DNA of 64,000 bases, taken from the NCBI GenBank assembly GCA_050692055.1, contig JBOGTC010000155.1:11798-75797 (forward strand), in the 5' to 3' direction. Below are positions 43,044 to 53,395 of this stretch, one piece after another; the first letter of the stretch is position 1, and each line of letters starts with the position of its first letter. The position numbers and the translations under genes are program-made. Below the pieces are notes generated by a model. It had not been told where the DNA came from. It made no database searches and saw only the letters and a program-made list of their open reading frames with translations. This DNA comes from Candidatus Limnocylindria bacterium (GTDB lineage: Bacteria; Chloroflexota; Limnocylindria; QHBO01).

Positions 43044-44351
43044 TCATGCCGGCACCGGCTGCGGCTCCACCGCCGCAGCTCCCTCCTCCCGCCGGCGTGG
43101 GTCGACCTTCAGCAGCGCCAGGCCGGCGGCCACGACGAAGAGCGCGGCCACGATCATGGCGACCCGCGGACCCAGTGGATCGGTTGGGTTGCCGGAGAAG
43201 ATGCCGGTGAGGTCGAGGGCGACGCCGCCAACCAGGAGGAAGACGGGCTGGGCCATCGCCGTGCCCGCGTTGAGGATCCCCATGTAGCGCCCGGAGGTGT
43301 GCTTGGGGATGACATCGGTCATGAGCGCCCAGTCGACTGACAGGAACGTCCCCATGCCCAGGCCGAACAGGACGAACGAGGAGATCGCGAGGGCCGGGCT
43401 GGGTGCCGCGGCGACCCCGAGGAGCCCCCCGGCGGCGAGCCCGCTTGCTGCCCAGATGACCGGCCGCCGGCCGAAGCGGTCCGAGAGCCGCCCGCCCGGG
43501 ATGGCGGCGAGGGCGGTGGCGGCGCCGATGATCGCCGTGCCGATGAAGAACGTCTCGTTTGCCTCGGCGCGCGTCTGTCCCAGCGAGCGCATGAAGTACG
43601 CGATCCCGAAGGTCGTGGCCGCGTAGCCGGCCAGGAAGAAGAGGCGCACGGCGAGCACCCAGAGCAGGTTCGCCTGCTGCAAGATGTCGCGGCCCCAGGC
43701 CGACAGGGCGATCTCGCGCCAGCTCCTGGTGCGCGCCGGCGCGGTGCGGCCCTCGTCGACCGTGAAGACGAGGATGATCATCGTGAGGAGCTCCACGGCA
43801 CCGAGCGCGATGGTGGGCAGGAAGAACTCGCCGCCGCCCGCCCACGTCGTGGCGATCCCAATGCCGCCCACCGTGCCCAGCACGATCATCGTCCCCATCA
43901 GACCGCTGGCCATCCCCACCTGCCCCGCGGGCACGAGGTCCGGCACGTAGCCCTGGAACGGGCCCTGCGCGAAGTTCGAGCTGAACTGCAGCAGGAAGTA
44001 GAAGGCCACGATCGAGACGAACTCGTTCGAGCTCGCCAGGCCGAAGAGGAAGGCCATGTCGAGCAGGGTGCCGATCACGATGTACGGCTTCCGACGCCCC
44101 CAGCGGCTGACCGTGTAGTCGCTGATGTTGCCGATGGTGGGCTGCACGAGGATGGGCGCGACGGCACCGGCGAAGACGGTGATCGCCGTGAGCATGCCGA
44201 GGCGAGCGGGGTCGATCTCGTCGAGCCGCTGAGGGAGGATCACCGAGTTGAGTCCGCCCCAGATGGCGACGATGCCGAACCAGTACACCGACAGCGTCAG
44301 CAGCTGGTGCAGCGGCAGGAGCGGTCGCTCCGGGTGCGCGGACTGGGTCAT
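43044..44351 (-). CDS. MFS transporter
   Basis: About 12 hydrophobic segments. Start set at ATG 44351 (MTQSAHPE...). Confidence 0.8.
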   Translation of the reverse strand: MTQSAHPERPLLPLHQLLTLSVYWFGIVAIWGGLNSVILPQRLDEIDPARLGMLTAITVFAGAVAPILVQPTIGNISDYTVSRWGRRKPYIVIGTLLDMAFLFGLASSNEFVSIVAFYFLLQFSSNFAQGPFQGYVPDLVPAGQVGMASGLMGTMIVLGTVGGIGIATTWAGGGEFFLPTIALGAVELLTMIILVFTVDEGRTAPARTRSWREIALSAWGRDILQQANLLWVLAVRLFFLAGYAATTFGIAYFMRSLGQTRAEANETFFIGTAIIGAATALAAIPGGRLSDRFGRRPVIWAASGLAAGGLLGVAAAPSPALAISSFVLFGLGMGTFLSVDWALMTDVIPKHTSGRYMGILNAGTAMAQPVFLLVGGVALDLTGIFSGNPTDPLGPRVAMIVAALFVVAAGLALLKVDPRRREEGAAAVEPQPVPA

Positions 44352-44479
44352 CGGTCCGTTGGCCTCTGCGTTACGGGCAAGGTACGCGCGATGCGTTGCG
44401 CTGGCGCGAGGATTACGCACGCGACCTGCGGCGTGACTGCGGCGATGACACCGGATGCGGCCGTGTGGCCCATCGGCGC

Positions 44480-44485
44480 TAGAAT
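44480..44485 (+). promoter_or_regulatory. -10 box TAGAAT, 6 nt upstream of the lgt GTG start (leaderless layout)
   Basis: Sequence gcTAGAATctcgggGTG. Confidence 0.4.
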
Positions 44486-44491
44486 CTCGGG

Positions 44492-45379
44492 GTGATCGAT
44501 CCCATCGCCGTCGAGATCGGCCCGTTCCAGCTTCACTGGTACGGCATCATCATCGCCTCCGCCGTGCTGATCGCCGCCCTGCTCGGCGCGCGCGTGGCGC
44601 GGATGCTGGGCGAGAGCCCCGACGACGGGTGGTCGATGCTGCTGCTGGTCGTGGTCCTGGCCGTCGTCGGCGCCCGGATCTACCACGTCATCCACCAGTG
44701 GGACTTCTATCTCGTCAACCCGGCCCTCATCCCGCAGATCTGGAACGGCGGAATCGGCATCCCGGGCGCGGTCGCCGGCGGCGCACTGGCGATCTTCCTG
44801 TACACGCGTTCGAAGGGACTCACTACGGCCCGCTGGCTCGATATCTTCGCGCCGGCGCTGCTGCTGGGCCAGGTCATCGGCCGTCTCGGCAACTTCGTGA
44901 ACCAGGAGCTGTACGGACCGCCCACCGACCTGCCGTGGGGCATCCCGATCGAGGCCGCGAACCGCGTGCCGCCCTGGAATGACCTCAACGCCTACCCGGT
45001 CGAGTCCACCGTCTTCCATCCGCTGTTCGCCTACGAGGCGCTGCTCAACCTGGTCGGCATGGTGGTGCTGCTGCTCGTCATTCGACGCTTCGGGCATCGG
45101 CTCTTCGCCGGCGACCTGGCCCTGATGTACATCATCTGGTACGGCGCCGTGCGTGCTGTCCTAGAGACCTTCCGCACCGACAACTGGGTGATCCTGGGCG
45201 TGCCGACCGCGATCTGGGTGGGCGTCATCGGCTTCGTGCTGGCCGGAGCCTGGCTCCTGTACCGCCATCGCCGCGGCTGGGGCTCGCCGATGATCCGACC
45301 CAGCCAGGAGCCGCCACCAAAGGGGACCGGCGAGGCCACCGCCGAGCATCGGCCCGGCCCGGAGGCTTCACCTGGCTGA
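44492..45379 (+). CDS. lgt: Prolipoprotein diacylglyceryl transferase (canonical copy)
   Basis: Contains the full Lgt signature GRLGNFVNQELYG. Confidence 0.85.
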   Translation: MIDPIAVEIGPFQLHWYGIIIASAVLIAALLGARVARMLGESPDDGWSMLLLVVVLAVVGARIYHVIHQWDFYLVNPALIPQIWNGGIGIPGAVAGGALAIFLYTRSKGLTTARWLDIFAPALLLGQVIGRLGNFVNQELYGPPTDLPWGIPIEAANRVPPWNDLNAYPVESTVFHPLFAYEALLNLVGMVVLLLVIRRFGHRLFAGDLALMYIIWYGAVRAVLETFRTDNWVILGVPTAIWVGVIGFVLAGAWLLYRHRRGWGSPMIRPSQEPPPKGTGEATAEHRPGPEASPG

Positions 45380-45401
45380 GCGGTCGGGCATCCTGCCCGA
45401 T

Positions 45402-46427
45402 GTGACCGCAGCGGTGGGCGGCACTCCGCTGGTCGCGCTCGATCGAGTGGCCGCCGACGTCCGGCCGCAGATGATCGCGAAGCTCGAGCACATGAATCCG
45501 GGTGGATCGGTCAAGGACCGGATCGCGCTGCCGATGATCGAGGCGGCCGAGGCGGCCGGGCTCCTGGGGCCCGGCGGCGTGATCGTGGAGCCGACGAGCG
45601 GCAACACCGGCGTGGGCCTGGCGCAGGCGGCCGCGGTCAAGGGTTATCGGTGCATCTTCGTCATGGCCGACAAGCAGTCGGAGGAGAAGCGCGCGCTGCT
45701 GCGCGCGTACGGGGCGGAGGTCGTGGTGTGCCCCACCGACGTCGATCCCGACGACGAGCGCAGCTATTACCGCGTCTCGGACCGATTGGCGCGCGAGACG
45801 CCCGGCGCCTGGAAGCCGGACCAGTACTCGAACCCGGCGAACCCCGAGGCGCACTACTACACCACGGGGCCGGAGATCTGGGAGGCGACCGAGGGTCGCG
45901 TCTCGCACCTGGTGATCGCCATCGGCACCGGCGGCACGATCAGCGGTGCCGGTCGGTACCTCAAGGAGCGCAGCTCATCGGTCCAGATCGTGGGGGCCGA
46001 TCCGGCGGGCAGCGTGTACTCCGGCGGTACGCCGCGCGCCTACCTGACCGAGGGAATCGGCGAGGACTTCTGGCCTGCGACCTACGACACCGAGATGTGT
46101 GACCTCATCGTGCGTGTCTCGGACCGCGACTCGATGCTCACCGCCCGCGTCGCGACCGCCCGTGAGGGGATCCTGATGGGTGAGTCGTGCGGCACGGCGC
46201 TGTGGGCCGCGCTCCAGGTCGCGCGGGACCTGGACGATCCCGACGCGATGTTCGTGGTGCTGCTGCCGGACTCCGGCCGCAACTACGTCGGCAAGCTCTA
46301 CAACGACGACTGGCTGCGCTCGAACGGGCTGCTGGGCACCGGCGAGGAGGTTGCCGACTACGACTGGCGCGCCACGCGCCCGCAAGTCGTGCTGCGAGGC
46401 TCGGAGATCCCCCGCGCGTCGCGTTGA
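45402..46427 (+). CDS. Cystathionine beta-synthase-like PLP enzyme (CysK/CBS fold, no CBS pair)
   Basis: PLP-Lys context NPGGSVKDR, plus TSGNTG. Adjacent to the cystathionine gamma-lyase gene. Confidence 0.8.
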   Translation: MTAAVGGTPLVALDRVAADVRPQMIAKLEHMNPGGSVKDRIALPMIEAAEAAGLLGPGGVIVEPTSGNTGVGLAQAAAVKGYRCIFVMADKQSEEKRALLRAYGAEVVVCPTDVDPDDERSYYRVSDRLARETPGAWKPDQYSNPANPEAHYYTTGPEIWEATEGRVSHLVIAIGTGGTISGAGRYLKERSSSVQIVGADPAGSVYSGGTPRAYLTEGIGEDFWPATYDTEMCDLIVRVSDRDSMLTARVATAREGILMGESCGTALWAALQVARDLDDPDAMFVVLLPDSGRNYVGKLYNDDWLRSNGLLGTGEEVADYDWRATRPQVVLRGSEIPRASR

Positions 46428-46502
46428 AGCGTCGTTGCGCGCGGTCCGTCAGCCGCTGGACGGAGCCTCCGGCGGCGACGCTCGTGCCACAATGGCCGCC
46501 GC

Positions 46503-47687
46503 ATGAACCCCCCCGAGCACCGGCAAGACCAGTTCGAGACGCTGGCCGTGCACTCCGGCGCCGATCCCGATCCCCAGACCGGCGCCGTGGTACCGGCCAT
46601 CCAGATGAGCACCACGTTCAAGCAGGACGGCGTCGGCGGTACCCGCCAGGGCTTCGAGTACGGTCGCTCCGACAATCCAACGCGCCGCGCTCTGGAGAGC
46701 GCCATCGCCACGCTCGAGGGTGGAGCTCACGGGCTCGCCTACGCCTCCGGGCTGGCGGCGACACAGAACGTCCTCTACCTGCTGGATCCCGGTGACCGGC
46801 TCCTCATGAGCGACGATGTCTACGGCGGCACCTGGCGCCTCGCGGCACGGGTGTGGCGGCGGTACGGCATCCAGACCGATGCCGTCGACCTGCGTGACCT
46901 CGACGCGGTCGCAACCGCCCTGGCCGCGGACGGGGCAAAGGCGCCGCGGATGATCTGGATCGAGACTCCGACCAACCCGATGCTCAAGCTGGTCGACATC
47001 GCTGCCGTCGTGCGGCTGGCAGCCAGCGCCGGCGCGCTGACCGTGGTCGACAACACGTTCGCCACGCCGTACCTGCAGCGTCCGCTCGAGCTCGGCGCCG
47101 ACCTCGTGCTTCACTCGGCGACGAAGTATCTCGGCGGCCACTCGGACGTGATCGGCGGCCTCGTTGCCACGCGTTCTGACGACCTCGCGGAGCGGCTGCG
47201 CTTCACGCAGAACGCGGCCGGCGCCGTGCCGAGCCCCTTCGACTGCTGGCTCGTCATGCGCGGCATGCGCACGCTGGCGGTGCGCATGGAGCGCGCCTGC
47301 GCCAATGCGCTGGTGCTTGCACTGTGGCTTGCCGAGCGGCCGGAGGTCGCGCGCGTCCACTATCCCGGCTCGTCCGATCATCCCCAGCGCGACCTCGCCG
47401 AACGCCAGATGCGGTTGCCCGGCGGCATGCTCTCCTTCGAGCTGCATGGCGGGGAGGAGCGCGCCCGCCGGTTCGTGGCCGCCACGCGCCTCTTCACCCT
47501 GGCCGAGTCGCTGGGCGCGGTCGAGTCGCTCATCGAGCTGCCCGCCGCCATGACCCACATGTCGGTCGCCGACTCGCCGCTCGCGGTGCCGCCCGGGCTC
47601 GTGCGCCTCAGCGTGGGCATCGAGGCCGCCGATGACCTCGTCGCCGACCTCGACGCTGCCTTCGTCGCATCGGCCCCGCTGCGCTAG
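46503..47687 (+). CDS. Cystathionine gamma-lyase/synthase (Cys/Met metabolism PLP family)
   Basis: PLP-Lys context HSATKYLGGHSD. Family-typical N-terminus (TLAVHSG). Confidence 0.85.
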   Translation: MNPPEHRQDQFETLAVHSGADPDPQTGAVVPAIQMSTTFKQDGVGGTRQGFEYGRSDNPTRRALESAIATLEGGAHGLAYASGLAATQNVLYLLDPGDRLLMSDDVYGGTWRLAARVWRRYGIQTDAVDLRDLDAVATALAADGAKAPRMIWIETPTNPMLKLVDIAAVVRLAASAGALTVVDNTFATPYLQRPLELGADLVLHSATKYLGGHSDVIGGLVATRSDDLAERLRFTQNAAGAVPSPFDCWLVMRGMRTLAVRMERACANALVLALWLAERPEVARVHYPGSSDHPQRDLAERQMRLPGGMLSFELHGGEERARRFVAATRLFTLAESLGAVESLIELPAAMTHMSVADSPLAVPPGLVRLSVGIEAADDLVADLDAAFVASAPLR

Positions 47688-47697
47688 GCAAGGACTG

Positions 47698-48237
47698 ATG
47701 CAGAACGAGGACCGTCGCGATGAGCTGCCGAAACTGGCGGCCGACAGCCCCACCGAGATGGTCGAGGACGAGCGCGGACAAGTCTTCGAGCGCCTGTCCA
47801 GCGGGACGGCCACGCTGCTGCTGGCCTGGCTGATCGGCGTCGGCGCGCTGACCACGCTGCTCGGCGGCTGGCTGTTCGTGTGGGCTGCGACCGGCGAGCA
47901 GCTCGGCCTGGGCGCGCTGTTCGGTGGGTTCGGCTTCTACGTGGCGCTGGCCGGCGCCTCAGGTCCGTGCATCCTGTGGCTCACCGGACGCGCCCAGGGT
48001 CACTCCCTGGCCTGGTTCGCCCTCACTGCGGCCAAGATGGCCCTGGTCATGGTCGGCATCGTGATGGTCATGGTCATGCTCGCCACGCTCCTGCTGGCCG
48101 GCGCGCTGCCGGGTTCCGGGGCTCTGGCCGCGGCCGCCATCATGGTCGTCATGGCGCTGGCGGTCAGCGTCGTCTGGGCCGCCGCCACGTGGGCGGCCGA
48201 CCGCTGGATCGCCCGCGCCCGCATCGCCGAGGACTGA
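47698..48237 (+). CDS. Hypothetical membrane protein
   Basis: Start at ATG 47698 (MQNEDRRDEL...), followed by 4 hydrophobic helices. Confidence 0.5.
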   Translation: MQNEDRRDELPKLAADSPTEMVEDERGQVFERLSSGTATLLLAWLIGVGALTTLLGGWLFVWAATGEQLGLGALFGGFGFYVALAGASGPCILWLTGRAQGHSLAWFALTAAKMALVMVGIVMVMVMLATLLLAGALPGSGALAAAAIMVVMALAVSVVWAAATWAADRWIARARIAED

Positions 48238-48342
48238 CCGCGGCCTGCGGCCACGGCTTGCGCCGCGTCCGAGGCTTCGGGCTTCAGGCTCCGCGCTTCG
48301 GGGCTTCGGGCGAAGGTGCTCCCTGCCCCAATGCTCGTTCGT

Positions 48343-48462
48343 TGCAACGTATTCCATCAGGAAGGTTGGTTTCGGCCAGGCACAGTGGGTCAATGCGTCC
48401 CCACCGAATCAGTGAGGGCACGTGCCACCCTCTCGGGCAAGCGCGACCTCGCCTAAGTTGCA
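48343..48462. repeat. Intergenic inverted-repeat element C (arms TGCAACgTA / TAaGTTGCA)
   Basis: Shares GGTTTCGGC and GACCTCGCCTAAG with element D. Its right arm matches the right arm of element A at 12 of 15 positions. Confidence 0.5.
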
Positions 48463-48611
48463 TCCGCCGCGCATTGAGCTAACGACAAGGCGCCCGCGCT
48501 CCCCGCGGCCCGCGCGTCCGACGGCGCCCGTCGCCGGCACGGACCACGTGAGAGCGTCAGCGGAGCGTCTGGCCGAGTGGAGCGAGGAAGCGAGCCTGCC
48601 ACTCCATCGGT

Positions 48612-50327
48612 CTAGGCAGACTCCATCTCCGCGCGAAGATCCTTGCGCAGCACCTTGCCGATCATCGTCTTGGGCAGCTCGTCGCGGACCTCGATCGCGG
48701 ACGGCACCTTGTAGCGGGCGAGGTTCGTCCGGCAGTGCTCGAGCAGCTCCTCCATCGAAGCCGATGCGCCGGGTGCCAGCACCACGAACCCATACGGCAC
48801 CTCGCCGTGGCGCTCCTCCGCGATGCCGATGACGGCCGCGTCCGCCACCGCGGGGTGCGAGAGCAGCACCTCCTCGACCTCGCGCGGGTAGACGTTGATG
48901 CCGCCCACGATGATGAGGTCCTTCTTGCGGTCGACGATGGTGAAATAGCCGTCCTCGCTCATCTGCGCCATGTCTCCAGTGCGCAGCCAGCCATCAGGCG
49001 ACAGGCAGGCGGCCGTCTCCTCGGGCCGCTCCCAGTAACCCGGCATGACCTGCGGTCCGCGCACCTCCATCTCGCCGACCGCGCCCACCGCGACGGGTGA
49101 TCCGGTTTCCGAATCCACGATCCGCGCCTCGGTCGAGGGGAACGGCAGCCCGATGGTGCCGTTGCGCCGAGCGCCTTGCACGGGATTGCAGTGCGTGACC
49201 GGCGACGCCTCGGTCAGGCCGTAGCCCTCCACCACGCGGCCGCCGGTGACCGCCTCGAAGTCGCGCTGCACCTCTGGCGCGAGCGGCGCCGCGCCGCTGA
49301 TGCAGGCCTCGATCGAGCGCAGGTCGTGCTTGCCGACCGTGGGATGGTGGGCCAGCGTCGCGTACATGATCGGCGCACCGGGAAACAGGCGCGGCCGGTG
49401 CTTGCCGATCGCCTTGAGCACCATCTCGGGATCGAAGCGGGGAAGCAGGATCAGCGTTGCGCCCGTCAACATGCCGTAGTTCATGTCCACGGTGAGGCCG
49501 TAGATGTGGAACAGGGGCAGCGGGCACAGGATGCTCACCGGCGTCTGCGCCACGGATGGGAACCACGACGCGACCTGGTGCGCGTTGGCGATCAGGTTGC
49601 GGTGCGTCAGCATCGCCGCCTTCGGGATGCCGGTGGTGCCGCCCGTCGGCTGCAGAACGGCGATGTCATCGTGCCCGGCCGCAGACTCGAATCGCTCAGC
49701 AGGCGCATCCGCAACGAGCCTGAACAGGCTGGGCGTGGCGTCGGAGTGCGGCTGCGGGTTCCACCTGCCCTCACGCTTGGCCTTGAGCGGGTAGAGCCAC
49801 TTGATCGGCACCGGTAGCGAGTCCTGGATGCCGGTGACCACGTAGCGCCCCGGCTTGCCCGACTCCTGGGCGCGGACGCGGTCGAGGCGCGGCACGAGCA
49901 GGTCAATGCAGACCGATACCTTTGGCTTCACCTGCTCGAACAGGACCGAAAGCTCGCGCTCGACGTACAGCGGATTCATCGGCACCGCGATGGCGCCCGC
50001 GCGCAGCGCGCCCATGAAGGCGATGACGAAGGCCGGGCTGGTGGGCAGGTGCAGGCTCACGCGATCGCCCTTCTCGACCCCCATGCCGCGCAGGACGTGG
50101 GCGAACCTGTCCGCCGCGCTGTCGAGCTCGCCGTACGAGGTCTTCGCGCCGAAGAAAAGGAGCGCCGTGTGGTCCGGTGCCCGCTGCGCGGCCGTGCGCA
50201 GCAGCGCGTCCACCGGCATGTCGGGGATTGGAATCTCCGCGGGCACGCCGTCCTCGTAGTGCGCGATCCAGGGCCGCTCCGGCGGCGCCGGGATGCCGGG
50301 CTGCTGTTGCTCGATGGTCGAGGTCAT
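48612..50327 (-). CDS. fadD: Long-chain fatty acid-CoA ligase
   Basis: AMP-binding motif TGGTTGIPKAAMLTHRN. Sits in the beta-oxidation operon. Confidence 0.85.
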   Translation of the reverse strand: MTSTIEQQQPGIPAPPERPWIAHYEDGVPAEIPIPDMPVDALLRTAAQRAPDHTALLFFGAKTSYGELDSAADRFAHVLRGMGVEKGDRVSLHLPTSPAFVIAFMGALRAGAIAVPMNPLYVERELSVLFEQVKPKVSVCIDLLVPRLDRVRAQESGKPGRYVVTGIQDSLPVPIKWLYPLKAKREGRWNPQPHSDATPSLFRLVADAPAERFESAAGHDDIAVLQPTGGTTGIPKAAMLTHRNLIANAHQVASWFPSVAQTPVSILCPLPLFHIYGLTVDMNYGMLTGATLILLPRFDPEMVLKAIGKHRPRLFPGAPIMYATLAHHPTVGKHDLRSIEACISGAAPLAPEVQRDFEAVTGGRVVEGYGLTEASPVTHCNPVQGARRNGTIGLPFPSTEARIVDSETGSPVAVGAVGEMEVRGPQVMPGYWERPEETAACLSPDGWLRTGDMAQMSEDGYFTIVDRKKDLIIVGGINVYPREVEEVLLSHPAVADAAVIGIAEERHGEVPYGFVVLAPGASASMEELLEHCRTNLARYKVPSAIEVRDELPKTMIGKVLRKDLRAEMESA

Positions 50328-50344
50328 TGCTCCCTCCTCCGTTC

Positions 50345-52126
50345 TCAGGCCGGGTATCCGCCGCGGCCGACAACGGCGGCCGCGACACGTCGTCCGATGG
50401 CGATGCGGTCGACCGGCTCGCCGCGCAGCAGGCGTCGGATGCCGGCAACCAGGGTTCGTGCTTCGTCTCCCTCAGCCAGGCTGGCGGCCAGCTGCCGGCC
50501 GCGGCCCTCGATCGCCAGCGACCGATCCGCGACGACCAGCCGGGCGAGGTCGGCATGGACCGATGCGGCCGCGCCCTCCGCCGCCTGCTTCGCCCGCTCG
50601 ACCGAGCTTTCCATGGCGAACAGGTCGATGGTCAGGTCGGCCAGGTCGCTGAGGATCTCCTGCTGCTCCTCGAGGCCCGTGCCATGCCGCTGCACCGCGG
50701 CGCCGGCCAGCAGCAGCGTGGCGGTGCGTGCTGCCGCGACCGCCGCGTCCTCGGCCGCGAAGGCGCCATCGAAGCTCGGCGGATCGCCGCCGAGCAGGGC
50801 CTCCTGCGCTCGCCGCGCCGGCCCGAGCAGGTCGAGCCGGCCTGTCATGGCGCGCTTCAGCAGCGTCCCCGGCACCAGCAGCCGGTTGATCTCGTTCGTA
50901 CCTTCCCAGATGCGATGGATGCGCGCATCGCGGTAGTAGCCGGCGGCTGGATACTCCTCGATGTAGCCGTAGCCGCCGTGGACCTGCACCAGCTCGTCGA
51001 CGACGTAGGCCAGCTCCTCCGACGCCAGCACCTTGGCGATGGAGCACTCGATCGCGTATTCCTCGAGCGCGGCTCGGATGGCGTCCGGCGACGAGGCGTC
51101 CTCCGCAGCCGCCAGGCTTGCCTCGAGCAGGCCCGCGATGCGATAGACGGTCGACTCCACGGCATAGGTGCGGGCGGCGATCGCGCTGAGCTTGGCGCCG
51201 ATGAGCGGGAACTCGGCCAGCCTGCGGCCGAAGGCCGTGCGCTCCGCCGCGTAGCCCGTCGCGATGCCGAGGGCTGGTCGCATGCCGCCCAGGCACGCCG
51301 CGGCCAGCTTGAAGCGACCGACGTTCAATACGTTGAAGGCGACGCGGTGCCCCTTGCCGGCCTCACCGAGCAGGTTGTCGGCCGGCACCACCACGCCGTC
51401 GAGCGTCACCGGGCAGGTCGAGCAGCCATGGAGGCCCATCTTCTCCTCCTCGGCGCCGATGCTCAGCCCCGGCGTGGAGCGCTCGACCAGGAAGGCGCTG
51501 AACGCCTCGCCGTCGATCTTGGCGTAGACCGTGAACAGGTCGGCGAAGGCGGCGTTGGTGATGAACTGCTTGCTGCCGTCCAGGCGCCACGAGCCATCGG
51601 GCTGGCGCGTGGCGCGGGTGCGGATGCCCATGGCGTCTGAGCCGGCGGCCGGCTCGGTCAGGGCGTAGGCTCCGACGCGCGTGCCATCGGCAAGTCCGGG
51701 AAGGTAGCGGCGCTTCTGCTCATCGGTTCCGAAGAAGACGGTCGGCAGGGTGCCGATGCCGGTGTGGGCCGAGTAGGTCACGGCGAACGACCCGGCGGTC
51801 GCGATCGCCTCGTTGACAACCACGCTGCTGATGCGGTCGAGCCCCGCCCCGCCATACGCCTCGGGCACGTCGATGCCAAGGTACCCGTCGCGCCCGAGCT
51901 GTTCGAGCAGGGCGCGATGCGTGCCATGGTCGCGGCCCTCGACCTCGGCGCGGCGCGGGCCGACCTCCTTGGCGACGAAGGCCGCGACGGCCTCGCGGAT
52001 GGCGCGGTGCTCGTCGCTGAGCCGCTCCGGCGTGAACACCGACGCGGCCTGCACCGGTCCGATCATGAAGCTGCCGCCACCCGCCGCGGCCGCGGCCTCG
52101 GCGCGCCCTGCGGCTTCGACGGTCAC
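50345..52126 (-). CDS. Acyl-CoA dehydrogenase (long form with a C-terminal helical domain)
   Basis: ACAD fold sequence. The start is either GTG 52126 (GTGA overlap with the thiolase stop) or ATG 52066. Confidence 0.8.
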   Translation of the reverse strand: MTVEAAGRAEAAAAAGGGSFMIGPVQAASVFTPERLSDEHRAIREAVAAFVAKEVGPRRAEVEGRDHGTHRALLEQLGRDGYLGIDVPEAYGGAGLDRISSVVVNEAIATAGSFAVTYSAHTGIGTLPTVFFGTDEQKRRYLPGLADGTRVGAYALTEPAAGSDAMGIRTRATRQPDGSWRLDGSKQFITNAAFADLFTVYAKIDGEAFSAFLVERSTPGLSIGAEEEKMGLHGCSTCPVTLDGVVVPADNLLGEAGKGHRVAFNVLNVGRFKLAAACLGGMRPALGIATGYAAERTAFGRRLAEFPLIGAKLSAIAARTYAVESTVYRIAGLLEASLAAAEDASSPDAIRAALEEYAIECSIAKVLASEELAYVVDELVQVHGGYGYIEEYPAAGYYRDARIHRIWEGTNEINRLLVPGTLLKRAMTGRLDLLGPARRAQEALLGGDPPSFDGAFAAEDAAVAAARTATLLLAGAAVQRHGTGLEEQQEILSDLADLTIDLFAMESSVERAKQAAEGAAASVHADLARLVVADRSLAIEGRGRQLAASLAEGDEARTLVAGIRRLLRGEPVDRIAIGRRVAAAVVGRGGYPA

Positions 52127-53364
52127 GCCGCCACCTCCTCCGGCTCTTCCGTCCTGCCCGATGCGGAGCGAGCCGGCTGGCGGCCGCCCAGCCACTCGAT
52201 GACGCCGGCCGCGCCCTGGCCGCCGCCGACGCACATCGTCACCAGGCCGTAGCGCGCCTCGCGTCGCGCGAGCTCGGCGAGGATCTGGACGGACAGCTTG
52301 GCCCCGGTTGCGCCGAGCGGGTGGCCGAGCGCAATGGCGCCGCCATTCACGTTCGTCGTCTCCTCGTCGAGCCCCAGCCGGCGGACGACCGCGATCACCT
52401 GCGCCGCGAACGCCTCGTTGAGCTCGGTGACGCCGATGTCATCCAGCGTCAATCCCGCCTTGCGCAGCGCCTTCGGCACCGCATCCACCGGACCGATGCC
52501 CATGATCTCCGGCGCGACTCCCGCCGTGGCGAAGCTGACCAGCCGTCCGAGCGGCTCGAGGCCCAGCTGGGCCGCCCGCTCACCGGTCATGACCACCAGC
52601 GCCGCGGCCCCGTCGCTCATCTGGGAGGAGTTGCCTGCCGTGACCGTGCCTTCCTGCGCGAAGACCGGCTTGAGGCTTGCCATCTGCGCGGGGTCGGCGT
52701 CGTGGCGAATGCCCTCGTCGGTGTCGAACGTCTCATCGTGGTCCGATGGACGGCCGTCATCGTCCACCTCGGTGCGATGCGCCTCGACGGGCGCGATCTC
52801 GTCCACGAACCGGCCGGCTCGCTGCGCGGCCGACGCCCGCTGGTGCGAGCGCAGGCCCCACACATCCTGGTCGTCGCGGCTCACGTCGAAGCGCTCGCTC
52901 ACACGCTCGGCGGTGAGGCCCATGCTCAGGTAGACGCCGGGGCGCGTGTCCGACAGGCCGGGGTCGGGCGTGAACCGGTGGCCGATCATCGGCACGAAGC
53001 TCATCGACTCCATCCCGCCGGCGATGACCACGTCGTGCATGCCCGTCTGGACCGAAGCGCTGGCCAGCGCGAGCGCCTGCAGGCCCGATGCACAGAAGCG
53101 GTTGATGGTCATGGCGCTGGCGCTGACCGGGATGCCTGCCCCCAGCGCCACCTGGCGCGCGATGTTCAGGCCCTGGGCTCCCTCCGGCATCGCGCAGCCC
53201 AGGACGAGGTCCTCGATCTCGGCCGGGTCGAGGACGGGCGCCCGCGCGAGCACGGCGCGCACGGCGCTCATCGCCAGCTCCTCGGGAGGAGTCTGGCGCA
53301 GCATGCCGCGCGGCGCCTTGCCCACCGCGGTGCGGGCGGCGGAGACGATGACGGCGTCACGCAT
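52123..53364 (-). CDS. fadA: Acetyl-CoA C-acyltransferase (thiolase)
   Basis: Active-site contexts NRFCASGLQA, GHPLGATG and CVGGGQG. Confidence 0.9.
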   Translation of the reverse strand: MRDAVIVSAARTAVGKAPRGMLRQTPPEELAMSAVRAVLARAPVLDPAEIEDLVLGCAMPEGAQGLNIARQVALGAGIPVSASAMTINRFCASGLQALALASASVQTGMHDVVIAGGMESMSFVPMIGHRFTPDPGLSDTRPGVYLSMGLTAERVSERFDVSRDDQDVWGLRSHQRASAAQRAGRFVDEIAPVEAHRTEVDDDGRPSDHDETFDTDEGIRHDADPAQMASLKPVFAQEGTVTAGNSSQMSDGAAALVVMTGERAAQLGLEPLGRLVSFATAGVAPEIMGIGPVDAVPKALRKAGLTLDDIGVTELNEAFAAQVIAVVRRLGLDEETTNVNGGAIALGHPLGATGAKLSVQILAELARREARYGLVTMCVGGGQGAAGVIEWLGGRQPARSASGRTEEPEEVAA

Positions 53365-53395
53365 GGGTATTGGTCCTCATCGGTTCAGTGATCCT